Source of the DNA: an uncultured Desulfohalobiaceae bacterium
GTDB lineage: Bacteria; Desulfobacterota; Desulfovibrionia; Desulfovibrionales; Desulfothermaceae
Direction of reading: 5' to 3'
DNA length: 64,000 bases
Assembly (NCBI GenBank): GCA_964619345.1
Contig: CAZUER010000002.1
Location: 15,011 to 79,010 of the forward strand
Part shown: positions 53,758-61,483 of the stretch, in pieces
Layout: each line of letters opens with the position of its first letter
How positions within the stretch are numbered: position 1 is the stretch's first letter
The notes under the pieces: model-generated
What the model was told of the DNA's origin: nothing
Databases searched by the model: none
The model's input: only the letters and a program-made list of their open reading frames with translations
Position numbers and translations under genes: made by a program

Positions 53758-54276
53758 TTATGAAATCGTGTTAATACCAAGAACCCTTTCCAAGGTTTCT
53801 TTCAAAACCATTTTTGTAAAAGGCTTTTGCATGAAGGCCTGGGGTTGATGCTGGCGTTTTTGGATTTGAATTTGGGCTTCGTAAATCCCACTGGCCAGGA
53901 CGACAGGTGTGTCGAACCGGATGTTCCGAATGGCAGCCAAAGTGGCCCATCCATCCATTTCCGGCATGTTCACGTCCGAGAGTACCAGGCAGATCTCGTC
54001 ATGCCGTTTCCTGAAGCACTGAAGGGCCTCTTTTCCGTTTTTTGCGCAGAGGGTGTGATAGCCGAGCTGTTCCAATCGGAGCTTGATCAACTCCCGAACC
54101 ATATCGTTATCTTCGACCAGCAGCACAGTCCAGGTCTTGCGATCAGCCGGCAAGCTTGGAACCTGTGTCATTGTTTCAGGGCCTGCCAATCTCTGAGTAG
54201 CCCAGCTGAAAGGGCCTGACCACTGGTTCTGAAAAGTCGTATTTCCCTCATGAGCGGGAGTGTGTTGATTTTTCAC
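53758..54276 (-). CDS. single-domain response regulator (CheY-like) with an N-terminal extension of about 45 aa
   Basis: GTG start with GGAGG 5 nt upstream. VLLVEDNDMVRE, LVLSDVNMPEMDG and MQKPF match receiver residues. Confidence 0.8.
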   Translation of the reverse strand: MKNQHTPAHEGNTTFQNQWSGPFSWATQRLAGPETMTQVPSLPADRKTWTVLLVEDNDMVRELIKLRLEQLGYHTLCAKNGKEALQCFRKRHDEICLVLSDVNMPEMDGWATLAAIRNIRFDTPVVLASGIYEAQIQIQKRQHQPQAFMQKPFTKMVLKETLERVLGINTIS

Positions 54277-54386
54277 AAGAAACCTCCAATTTTAGGATGT
54301 TTTTCAGGTGCAGAGCCTGCCAGAGGCGGCGCCCACACTTTGGTGGGTGCAAAAGTCTTTTGCACCCACATTCACATGGTTCTGAA

Positions 54387-55025
54387 TCATCTTTTCTCAA
54401 GTGTCTCTTCAGCCAATCCCTGGCTGGTGATGGTGGCCACATGCAGGGGAGAGCTGATGGATGAGTCATCGGCCTTTTGCAGGCTGTGCATTTTTGAGGT
54501 GATCATAGAAGAGAGCTCTTCCAATGTGATGCCTTGTGAAATCTTGGTGGCCAATCCATATTCAAACCCCATAAGCCTGGGCACTGAAAATGCTGTGCTG
54601 ATTTCTTCCCGGTCCAATTGAGGCAGTTTTTTTCTGTTCCATATCAGCTCCAGCTGAAAAGCCGGCTCCTGCTCGAAGTTCATTCCCCCCAAAATGAAGT
54701 ACATGTGCTGGACAGGATCTACCGGAAGGCAATTGCATTTTCTGCGCATAACCTTCTCGTATTCACTGCTCAGAAAAGGGAGGGCGGCCATAGCCACATC
54801 TGATGTTGAGGTCAGCCTTTCCCCTTCAATAAACTGAGCCAGTGATTGAGCGATCTGCACGGCATCTGCGTCCCCCCCGGCCAGGATAAGGGTATGGGTC
54901 GAGAGACGAACCAAAGGATTGATGGTAACTTCCTGCATCTTTCCGTTCAGATCAAAGTCAAACCCTTTGCTGTCAGCAGCCATGATGAGCCCGTCACTAC
55001 TTTTGGCCACAATGAACTGAGTCAT
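54387..55025 (-). CDS. proteasome beta-subunit-like Ntn-hydrolase homologue
   Basis: SD GGAGG. MTQFIVAKSSDGLIMAADSK has Thr directly after Met and Asp at mature position 17. LILAGGDADAVQIAQSL, YFILGGM and HVATITSQG parallel conserved blocks of proteasome beta/HslV/Anbu/BPH. This alignment was done by eye only. Confidence 0.55.
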   Translation of the reverse strand: MTQFIVAKSSDGLIMAADSKGFDFDLNGKMQEVTINPLVRLSTHTLILAGGDADAVQIAQSLAQFIEGERLTSTSDVAMAALPFLSSEYEKVMRRKCNCLPVDPVQHMYFILGGMNFEQEPAFQLELIWNRKKLPQLDREEISTAFSVPRLMGFEYGLATKISQGITLEELSSMITSKMHSLQKADDSSISSPLHVATITSQGLAEETLEKR

Positions 55026-55037
55026 GACTCGCCTCCT

Positions 55038-55349
55038 TTACACATGAATGAAGATAGAAAAGATTCCATCAACATAGACTGATTTGACCTTGGCTGCAGA
55101 TGTATTGAATTCCAGAGGTATCCTGTGATTAAAACTTACAGGTCTGGATAAGTCTTGTGTTCTTGATATAGGAGTACCAATCAGTTGGAGTCCATTTTCA
55201 TGCAAATGAAAGGACAGCTCTTCGTCTTTGAACTCAGGGCAATCCACCTGAACGATGCAACCTCTTTGACTGGATCGAATAGTTGTCGGCGGATGAAAAC
55301 TTTGTATCTGAGTTGAATAGTAAGATCTGCTGATGTCTGGCAGTGTCAT
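55038..55349 (-). CDS. small alpha-crystallin-domain (Hsp20)-like protein
   Basis: SD AGGAG. IVQVDCPEFKDEELSFHLHENGLQLIG ... FNHRIPLEFNTSAAKVKSVYVDGIFSIFI mirrors the ACD pattern (vDlPG.kkedi.v.v.gn.L.I.G ... F.R.f.LP..vd...i.A.y.nGvL.I.l). Confidence 0.55.
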   Translation of the reverse strand: MTLPDISRSYYSTQIQSFHPPTTIRSSQRGCIVQVDCPEFKDEELSFHLHENGLQLIGTPISRTQDLSRPVSFNHRIPLEFNTSAAKVKSVYVDGIFSIFIHV

Positions 55350-55548
55350 AAAAATATTCTCCTGTAATTAGAATGTTATACAGATTCGGAGCGAATGGAT
55401 GAATTCTGTGCATCAATACTGAATTTATTTGTCTCAGCAAAATGCATGCCGCATAGAAAGTTCAAAGATATCAAGTAGTCATAGTTAAGATACACACGGT
55501 AAGGATCTGAAAAGATTTGGGAGAAAAAAAGCTTGGACACTTGAAAGT

Positions 55549-55588
55549 GATCAGGGATCAGAGGTCATAGGTCAGCAAAAAGAAACAG
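55549..55588 (+). repeat. family-A tail-only copy (TCAGxGG tract + CAAAAAGAAA)
   Basis: GATCAGGGATCAGAGGTCATAGGTCAGCAAAAAGAAACAG. Confidence 0.55.
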
Positions 55589-55852
55589 TTAGAAATCAAT
55601 ATGAGGTTGAAAATGCATCCAAGGGGCTTTGTGCAGCTGGTTGAATATGCTGTGGCATGACCCACTTATTTGTCTCACCTTCTGTGTCAGACTGTGTCCT
55701 GGGACATGTTTCCCAGCTGATACCGGCCTGGATCACCGGAATGATCTTCCTATTCCTCGCTCAGGATATAAGGCACATTGATTGCACAAAACAGTAAGTA
55801 CCAGCACCTGAAAAGGACATGGAGACACAAGACCTGAAGGGGGGCAGATCAT

Positions 55853-56902
55853 ATGCGTGAAGCTTTGTGGTATTTTCAACATGAGAACGATATGGTTCGC
55901 TGTTTTCTATGCGCCCATACCTGCAACATAACCCCTGGGGAGCGCGGGAAATGCAATGTGCGGGAAAACAGGAACGGTGTCCTGTGGAGCTTGGTTTACG
56001 GCCGGCCGGTGGCCCGGCATGTGGACTTTATTGAGAAGAAACCGCTGTATCATGTCTATCCGGGCAGCTTGAGCTATTCGTATGGTACAGCAGGATGCAA
56101 CTTCCATTGTACCTTTTGCCAAAATGCGGATATTGCCCACCCCAGGAAAATCCTGGGAGCTATTTCAGTTCAGGACGTTCCTCCGCAGGACATTGTGTCC
56201 CAGGCACTGGTGCAAGGGTGTTCGAGCATAGCCGCCACCTACACTGAGCCTACGGTGTTCATGGAATACGCACTGGATGTGGCCAGGTTGGGACGCGAGC
56301 GACAATTGGCCCAGGTCTTTGTGACCAACGGATTCATGACTCCTAAGTCCCTGAAAGACCTCACCCCGGTCCTGGATGCAGCCAATGTGGATCTGAAGTC
56401 CTTTCGGGACGATTTCTATATCCAGCAGTGTGAGGCTCGGTTAAAACCGGTCCTTCAGACCTTGCGTTCCCTGAAAAAGGCGGGGGTATGGCTGGAGGTA
56501 ACCACTTTGGTCATTCCGGGGCTGAACGATTCCTGGGATGAGCTCACAGAAATGGCCGACTTCATAGCTTTTTCCCTAGGGCCGGAAACTCCCTGGCACC
56601 TCTCGGCCTTTCATCCCAGCTACAAACTGAAGGATCGTCCCCGAACACCTATTGAGACCCTGTTTAAAGCCCGTGAAATCGGGGTTGCAGCTGGATTGCA
56701 CTACGTTTATTTGGGAAATGTACTGGAGCCTGAATACAGACACACGTATTGCCATCACTGCGGAAGAAAGCTGATTGATCGGTCGCAAATGGTGGGTGAA
56801 CCAGTCGGCTTGCAGAATGGAGGATGCTCTGAGTGCGGCCATAGACTGCCAGGCCTGGGGATTCAGGTCAGCCAGGAGCTGTCCGGTGTCCATCGTTCAT
56901 GA
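55853..56902 (+). CDS. amrS: AmmeMemoRadiSam-system-type radical SAM enzyme
   Basis: The N-terminal Cys-rich VRCFLCAHTCNITPGERGKCNVREN is followed by the radical SAM cluster motif CNFHCTFCQN. The length and pattern are those of AmrS / PFL-activase-like proteins. Confidence 0.8.
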   Translation: MREALWYFQHENDMVRCFLCAHTCNITPGERGKCNVRENRNGVLWSLVYGRPVARHVDFIEKKPLYHVYPGSLSYSYGTAGCNFHCTFCQNADIAHPRKILGAISVQDVPPQDIVSQALVQGCSSIAATYTEPTVFMEYALDVARLGRERQLAQVFVTNGFMTPKSLKDLTPVLDAANVDLKSFRDDFYIQQCEARLKPVLQTLRSLKKAGVWLEVTTLVIPGLNDSWDELTEMADFIAFSLGPETPWHLSAFHPSYKLKDRPRTPIETLFKAREIGVAAGLHYVYLGNVLEPEYRHTYCHHCGRKLIDRSQMVGEPVGLQNGGCSECGHRLPGLGIQVSQELSGVHRS

Positions 56903-58168
56903 TTGGTAAATTTGAGAGGAATTTTTTTGAGGCTTTTTCTGCAGAATTCACTTTCCGGCAGCAAGGACATCTTCCATCCCCGGAGTGGTTCGGAGGTCAA
57001 GCTTTTCACCTGCGGACCTTCGGTCTATAATCTGCCGCATATCGGCAATTATCGGACCTATCTGTATGAAGATGTCCTGCAGCGGATGTTAGAGGCCATG
57101 GGCTATGGGGTCAGACGCATGATCAACTTCACTGATGTGGAGGACAAGGCTGTGGCTGAGGCCCAAAGCCGGGGGCTGGCCGGTCTGTCTGAATTGACTG
57201 TCCCCAACGAGGAGCGGTTCTACAGGGATGCCGAGTTGCTGGGAATCAAGCTGCCGCAGGAGATCCCCAGGTCATCTACAAGCGTGGATCAGGCGGTCTA
57301 CCTCATTTCCAGGCTTTTGGAGCAGGGCCAGGCCTACTGGCACAAGGGAGACGTTTTTTTTGACCCCCTTACCTTTGATGGCTTCGGGCGTCTCTACGGG
57401 CTGGATATGAGCCGCTGGCCGAAGAAAAAGGTCCGCTTCCGCAAGGACACCTATCCGGGGCAGCGATGGAATCTCGGCGACTTTATCCTCTGGCACGGGG
57501 GGCGATCGGATGACCCCTTTGTCTGGAAGACTGAGATCGGTTACGGCCGGCCGGCCTGGAACATTCAAGATCCGGCCATGATCAGCAAACATTTGGGCTA
57601 TGAGCTGGATATCTGCTGCGGCGGGGTGGATAACCTTTATCGGCATCATGACTACAACATGGCCATCATGGAGTCTGTATCCAAGAGTGTTTTGGCCCCT
57701 TACTGGCTGCATGGAGAGCATCTCCTGGTCGACGGGGTAAAGATGTCCAAGAGCAAGGGCAACATCGTCTATCCTGATGATCTCATCCAGAAGGGGTGGT
57801 CACCCGGTTTTCTGCGTTTTTTTCTCCTTTGGGTTCATTACCGCTCCGCGTTGAATCTTAAGGCAAGGAATGTCCAGCAGGCCTGGACCACATTCACCAG
57901 GTTGCAGAGCCTGGTGCAGGAATTTCGAGAAGGAGGTGCGGGCAGCAGCAAACAGGCCGAGCAGGCCCCTGCAGCCCACTGCCTGTCCAACCAGGCACTG
58001 GTATATCTGGCCGACGATCTGGACGTATCCTCAGCCATCCAATGTACGATCAAGATCCTGGAGCAGCTCCGAGCCTTGCAAAAAGACGGACGTCTCAGCT
58101 CAGAGGATCACAGGGCGGCCCTTGACGGCCTCAAAGAGCTGGATCAGGTCCTTGGATTCAATCTTTAA
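56903..58168 (+). CDS. cysteinyl-tRNA-synthetase-like class I ligase paralogue, C-terminally short
   Basis: CGPSVYNLPHIGN (HIGH-type), DICCGGVDNLYRHHDYN and KMSKSKGN (KMSKS) align with CysRS. No in-frame ATG precedes the HIGN motif. TTG 56903 directly follows the amrS TGA. Confidence 0.75.
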   Translation: MVNLRGIFLRLFLQNSLSGSKDIFHPRSGSEVKLFTCGPSVYNLPHIGNYRTYLYEDVLQRMLEAMGYGVRRMINFTDVEDKAVAEAQSRGLAGLSELTVPNEERFYRDAELLGIKLPQEIPRSSTSVDQAVYLISRLLEQGQAYWHKGDVFFDPLTFDGFGRLYGLDMSRWPKKKVRFRKDTYPGQRWNLGDFILWHGGRSDDPFVWKTEIGYGRPAWNIQDPAMISKHLGYELDICCGGVDNLYRHHDYNMAIMESVSKSVLAPYWLHGEHLLVDGVKMSKSKGNIVYPDDLIQKGWSPGFLRFFLLWVHYRSALNLKARNVQQAWTTFTRLQSLVQEFREGGAGSSKQAEQAPAAHCLSNQALVYLADDLDVSSAIQCTIKILEQLRALQKDGRLSSEDHRAALDGLKELDQVLGFNL

Positions 58169-58329
58169 TCTTCTCTTTGTTCCTTAGACTTCTGTGGCGG
58201 GTGGCCTTCTGGGACAACTTTGCGGAAAAGGGAATAATCATTTCGTGTGGCATGTCTCAGCTTATTTTGTGACATCCCGAATGATTGTCACACTCATTTG
58301 CAGATCAATTCATATTCGGAGTGTTTGCT

Positions 58330-59028
58330 ATGGCTGCTTTGTATGCTGATTCCCAATTGTGGAACAAGGAATCTATCTTCAAGGACAGATTTGATGCCGG
58401 CAATTCCCTGGGAGAGTTTATGGCCTCCACGTTTGAGGGTATGGCCAGGACGGTCGTCCTGGCCATACCGGCTGGAGGTGTGCCAGTGGGAATTGAGTTG
58501 AGCAAAAGGTTGGGTCTTTCTTTTGATTGTCTCATTGTACGAAAGATTCAGATTCCTGGGAATACTGAAGCTGGATTCGGTGCTATGACCAGCGGGGGAG
58601 ATGTCCTGTTGAACCAGGAATTGGTTGATCGCCTGGGGCTGACCCAGGAACAGATTGAGAAACAGATGGGCAAAGTCAGAGAGGAGCTGGCAGCTCGGGA
58701 ACGTATGTTACGAGGCAGCAGACCGCTGCCTGATCTCTCCGGAATGAACGTCATTATCACAGACGATGGTTTGGCCTCCGGATTTACCATGCTGGCGGCC
58801 ATTGATGCTGTCCGGCATCAGGGAGCGCAGAGTGTGGTGGTGGCTGTTCCGACCGCACCCCTTCGTTCCGTGCGTATGGTGGAAAAGAAGGCTGACGCCG
58901 TGTACAGCCTGCATGTGCAGCAGGGAGGTCCCTTTGCCGTGGCCAATGCCTATCAGAATTGGTATGATTTGAGTATGGATGAGGTTGCCCAGCTGTTGAA
59001 GGAAATGGGCCCGGTGACAGAGCATTGA
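58330..59028 (+). CDS. phosphoribosyltransferase-family protein (paralogue of 31989-32675)
   Basis: VVLAIPAGGVPVGIELS and PRPP loop VIITDDGLASGFTM. It has the same architecture as the first PRTase. Confidence 0.8.
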   Translation: MAALYADSQLWNKESIFKDRFDAGNSLGEFMASTFEGMARTVVLAIPAGGVPVGIELSKRLGLSFDCLIVRKIQIPGNTEAGFGAMTSGGDVLLNQELVDRLGLTQEQIEKQMGKVREELAARERMLRGSRPLPDLSGMNVIITDDGLASGFTMLAAIDAVRHQGAQSVVVAVPTAPLRSVRMVEKKADAVYSLHVQQGGPFAVANAYQNWYDLSMDEVAQLLKEMGPVTEH

Positions 59029-59114
59029 AACGAAGATCCGGACAGGGCTTGATCCATCTGAGATCACTTCGGAGCAGTGCCCAGGATCTTGAAGACATTG
59101 AGAGGAGGCATAGT

Positions 59115-59531
59115 ATGAAACCCTGGAATTCACGTTGCATTAACAAAAGATTCATTTTTTTCTTTGGCCTACCATTGATTCTCTGCTTGATTCTTGCCGG
59201 ACCGGTCAATGCTCAGCAAAACAATTCGACCCAGGACAATGCTGCCCAGTATAAGGTCACGAATCTTCTGGGGCAAACGATCATTAACGAGCAAGGGCAA
59301 GAGATCGGTCAGGTGACTGAAGTTTTGGTCAGTACAGGCCAAAAAGAAGTCCAGGTCATCCTCTCTGTGGGTGGCTTTCTTGGACTGGGTGATAAGCTGA
59401 TTTCTGTCCCCTTGTCGGAACTCACGCAAAAGCAGGGCAGGCTCATTTGCGATCTGTGCAAAAAAGAAATACAAGAAAAACCTGAGATTACTTTTCCAAA
59501 AGGTGGGAGAGGACCGAACACCACCTACTAA
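59115..59531 (+). CDS. secreted PRC-barrel-domain protein
   Basis: I place the start at ATG 59115 (GAGGAGG upstream), which gives a signal peptide. LLGQTIINEQGQEIGQVTEVLV...VILSVGGFLGLGDKLISVPLSEL is a typical PRC-barrel. Confidence 0.7.
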   Translation: MKPWNSRCINKRFIFFFGLPLILCLILAGPVNAQQNNSTQDNAAQYKVTNLLGQTIINEQGQEIGQVTEVLVSTGQKEVQVILSVGGFLGLGDKLISVPLSELTQKQGRLICDLCKKEIQEKPEITFPKGGRGPNTTY

Positions 59532-59604
59532 GATGCGAGTGCAAAATCTGTATTTGCACTCGCCAAAGGTCAGAGGTCAGAAGCCAGAGGTCAGTAAAAA
59601 CAAA
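59531..59604 (+). repeat. family-A element abutting the PRC-barrel gene stop (fullest copy)
   Basis: TAA-GATGCGAGTGCAAAATCTGTATTTGCACTCGCCAAAGGTCAGAGGTCAGAAGCCAGAGGTCAGTAAAAACAAA. Confidence 0.75.
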
Positions 59605-59633
59605 TACTTATATCTTTAAATTTTATCGCAAAT

Positions 59634-59663
59634 GAACATAAAGCGAATTTTTGCAGTTCCGTC
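59634..59663 (+). repeat. family-C element, copy 2
   Basis: GAACATAAAGCGAATTTTTGCAGTTCCGTC matches 31934-31963 at 28 of 30 positions. Confidence 0.6.
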
Positions 59664-59706
59664 TACTAAGCTGGCTTGTCCATCTTGCGCGAATAATGCC
59701 TTTGAT

Positions 59707-59744
59707 CGATCCATAAACCGCGCCAAGGCGCGGTTTATGGATCG
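59707..59744. other. 18-bp perfect hairpin
   Basis: CGATCCATAAACCGCGCC-AA-GGCGCGGTTTATGGATCG lies 60 nt past the stop of the minus-strand 99-aa gene. No U-tract follows on either strand. Confidence 0.5.
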
Positions 59745-59803
59745 GTTCCATTTCAGATAAGAAAGGGGCAGCCCAGTGTTGAGGGATCCCTCTCAGGACA
59801 TGC

Positions 59804-60103
59804 TTATGCGGCTACGCTTTTATACTTGGCATACATGTCGTGAACCTTCCTTTTTAAACTCTTGAGCTTCTTGGAATCTTCATCCGAGGCAAATTTGGGT
59901 TCGTGGATGCTGAATAAGGCATTGGCCAGTTCATCGATAACATGCTCAGTAGCTGTGCACCATTCTGCTGTGCATTGTTTGTCCATCTGAGCCGCTTCGT
60001 TGATATCTTTTTCCGTCTGATTCAGGGCATCTTCGAGTCCCTGGATATACTCACGCCATCTGCTGGCTACGCTGTCATGTATATCAGCCTGAGGTTGTTT
60101 CAT
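59804..60103 (-). CDS. hypothetical helical protein (99 aa)
   Basis: SD GGAGG and helical, charged composition. I recognise no family. It is the last gene of the rubrerythrin-side cluster. Confidence 0.55.
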   Translation of the reverse strand: MKQPQADIHDSVASRWREYIQGLEDALNQTEKDINEAAQMDKQCTAEWCTATEHVIDELANALFSIHEPKFASDEDSKKLKSLKRKVHDMYAKYKSVAA

Positions 60104-60159
60104 GGTTGCCTCCTTCTGTGAGCTTTATAAAGTTATTGAACTTGCATCATATTGTGTGC

Positions 60160-60300
60160 TTATTTGTATTGAGAGGCTTCCTGCTCATCCAAGAGTTCCA
60201 TGTTTTCCCCGCAACAGACAAGGTCAGCACCACCGCCGACTTTCACTTCAACTACATTCCCGCATATGTTGCATCTGTAAACTTCATTCTTTTGAGGCAT
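60160..60300 (-). CDS. desulforedoxin (46 aa; below the ORF-track length cut-off)
   Basis: Read from the minus strand: [46 protein letters not shown], with SD GGAGA upstream. The CxxC...CC spacing and the VYxCxxCGxxVxV...LVCCGExM pattern match desulforedoxin and the N-domain of desulfoferrodoxin. Confidence 0.8.
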   Translation of the reverse strand: MPQKNEVYRCNICGNVVEVKVGGGADLVCCGENMELLDEQEASQYK

Positions 60301-60397
60301 GTAAGGTCTCCTTGTTTTGAGGTTCGCTTTCTTTGAAAGTTGCCAGGATCACATATCCTCCACTTACACAAAGAAGGGGATTTTGGGTACATGATAA

Positions 60398-60616
60398 TCA
60401 ACGTGGAGCTTCGGATCCGGCCGAAGCATCCAAGGTGCATTGACTGAAATCAACCGGCTTGTGGCATGACGGACAGGTATGCGGACGGTCAAATTCATCG
60501 GAAAAAATCTCGATTTCCGCTCCGCATTGCGGACAGTTGCAGACAAATGAGCTGAGCTCCTTGAACCTTTGAAAACCAGGGCAATGTTGTGGTGTTGAAG
60601 AGATTTGTGGAGACAT
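60398..60616 (-). CDS. small Cys-rich zinc-ribbon protein (72 aa)
   Basis: SD GGGAGGAAAA. CNCPQCG...CPSCHK forms a classic CxxC...CxxC ribbon. Confidence 0.55.
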   Translation of the reverse strand: MSPQISSTPQHCPGFQRFKELSSFVCNCPQCGAEIEIFSDEFDRPHTCPSCHKPVDFSQCTLDASAGSEAPR

Positions 60617-60650
60617 AGGCCTTTTCCTCCCTTAATAAGTTCTGGCTGAG

Positions 60651-61199
60651 TTAGTCAAAAGCGGTAAACTGCTCTTTCTTGGCTGAACAAATAGGGCATT
60701 TTTCCGGAGCATCCCCCTCAAGGGTGTATCCACAGACGGAACAGACTTGAATTGTGCACAACTCAACGTCCTGACCCTGAGCCACAGCCTGTTCAGCTTT
60801 TTCAAAAAGCTTTTTGTGTTCTTTTTCTGTAGCATAGGACCATTCGAAGCTGCGTTGGGCTCCTTTTTCTTCCTGCATCTTGGCTACTTCGATATAAGCC
60901 GGATACATTTCTTCAATTTCAAAGGTTTCACCCTTTATGGCCAAACCCAGGTTCTTGGACGTATGGCCCGGGCCGAAGGCAGCCATAGAGTTGGCCTGAT
61001 AGCCGCCGTCCAGATGCTTGAGCTCGCGATAATGATCACCGGCATGAATGAACTCGGCGTGGGCAATGGCTGTAAACAACCGAGCTACATTGGGAAATTT
61101 TTCTTTTTCCGCCTGCAGGGCGAAATGACGATAGCGCATGTTGGCCTGAGACTCGCCGCCAAAGGCGTTGATCAGATGTTGTTGGGTTATCTGATGCAT
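60651..61199 (-). CDS. rbr: rubrerythrin
   Basis: I place the start at ATG 61199 (AGGAGG upstream). Di-iron four-helix motifs are GESQANMRY, HAEFIHAGDH, GETFEIEEMYP and EKEHKKLF. The C-terminal rubredoxin domain reads CSVCGY...CPICS. Confidence 0.9.
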   Translation of the reverse strand: MHQITQQHLINAFGGESQANMRYRHFALQAEKEKFPNVARLFTAIAHAEFIHAGDHYRELKHLDGGYQANSMAAFGPGHTSKNLGLAIKGETFEIEEMYPAYIEVAKMQEEKGAQRSFEWSYATEKEHKKLFEKAEQAVAQGQDVELCTIQVCSVCGYTLEGDAPEKCPICSAKKEQFTAFD

Positions 61200-61277
61200 A
61201 TCCTGTTCCTCCTTTTTGAAAAAACAATGCGATCGAGCACCGCACATCCTTTTATGATATGTATCAAATCAGAATGC

Positions 61278-61310
61278 ACAAGAGTGAGAAATTGGTGAGA
61301 TCTATGACCC
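61278..61310 (+). repeat. family-F conserved element, copy 2 (between rbr and the efflux operon)
   Basis: ACAAGAGTGAGAAATTGGTGAGATCTATGACCC lies about 80 nt upstream of the rbr start. Confidence 0.55.
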
Positions 61311-61483
61311 ACTCACTGAAAAACTGAGAACAAAATACCGGGCATCAAGCTGGGTGAGGGGTTGCGCACCATGCCAACAAGAACTATACTAAAAGAGTCT
61401 GAAATTGATCTGGTTGCAAAGCATTCCTTGAAGCTTAATCCCTTTTCACTTCGGAAAGGAACCATCTTACCAAGGAGAAACCC

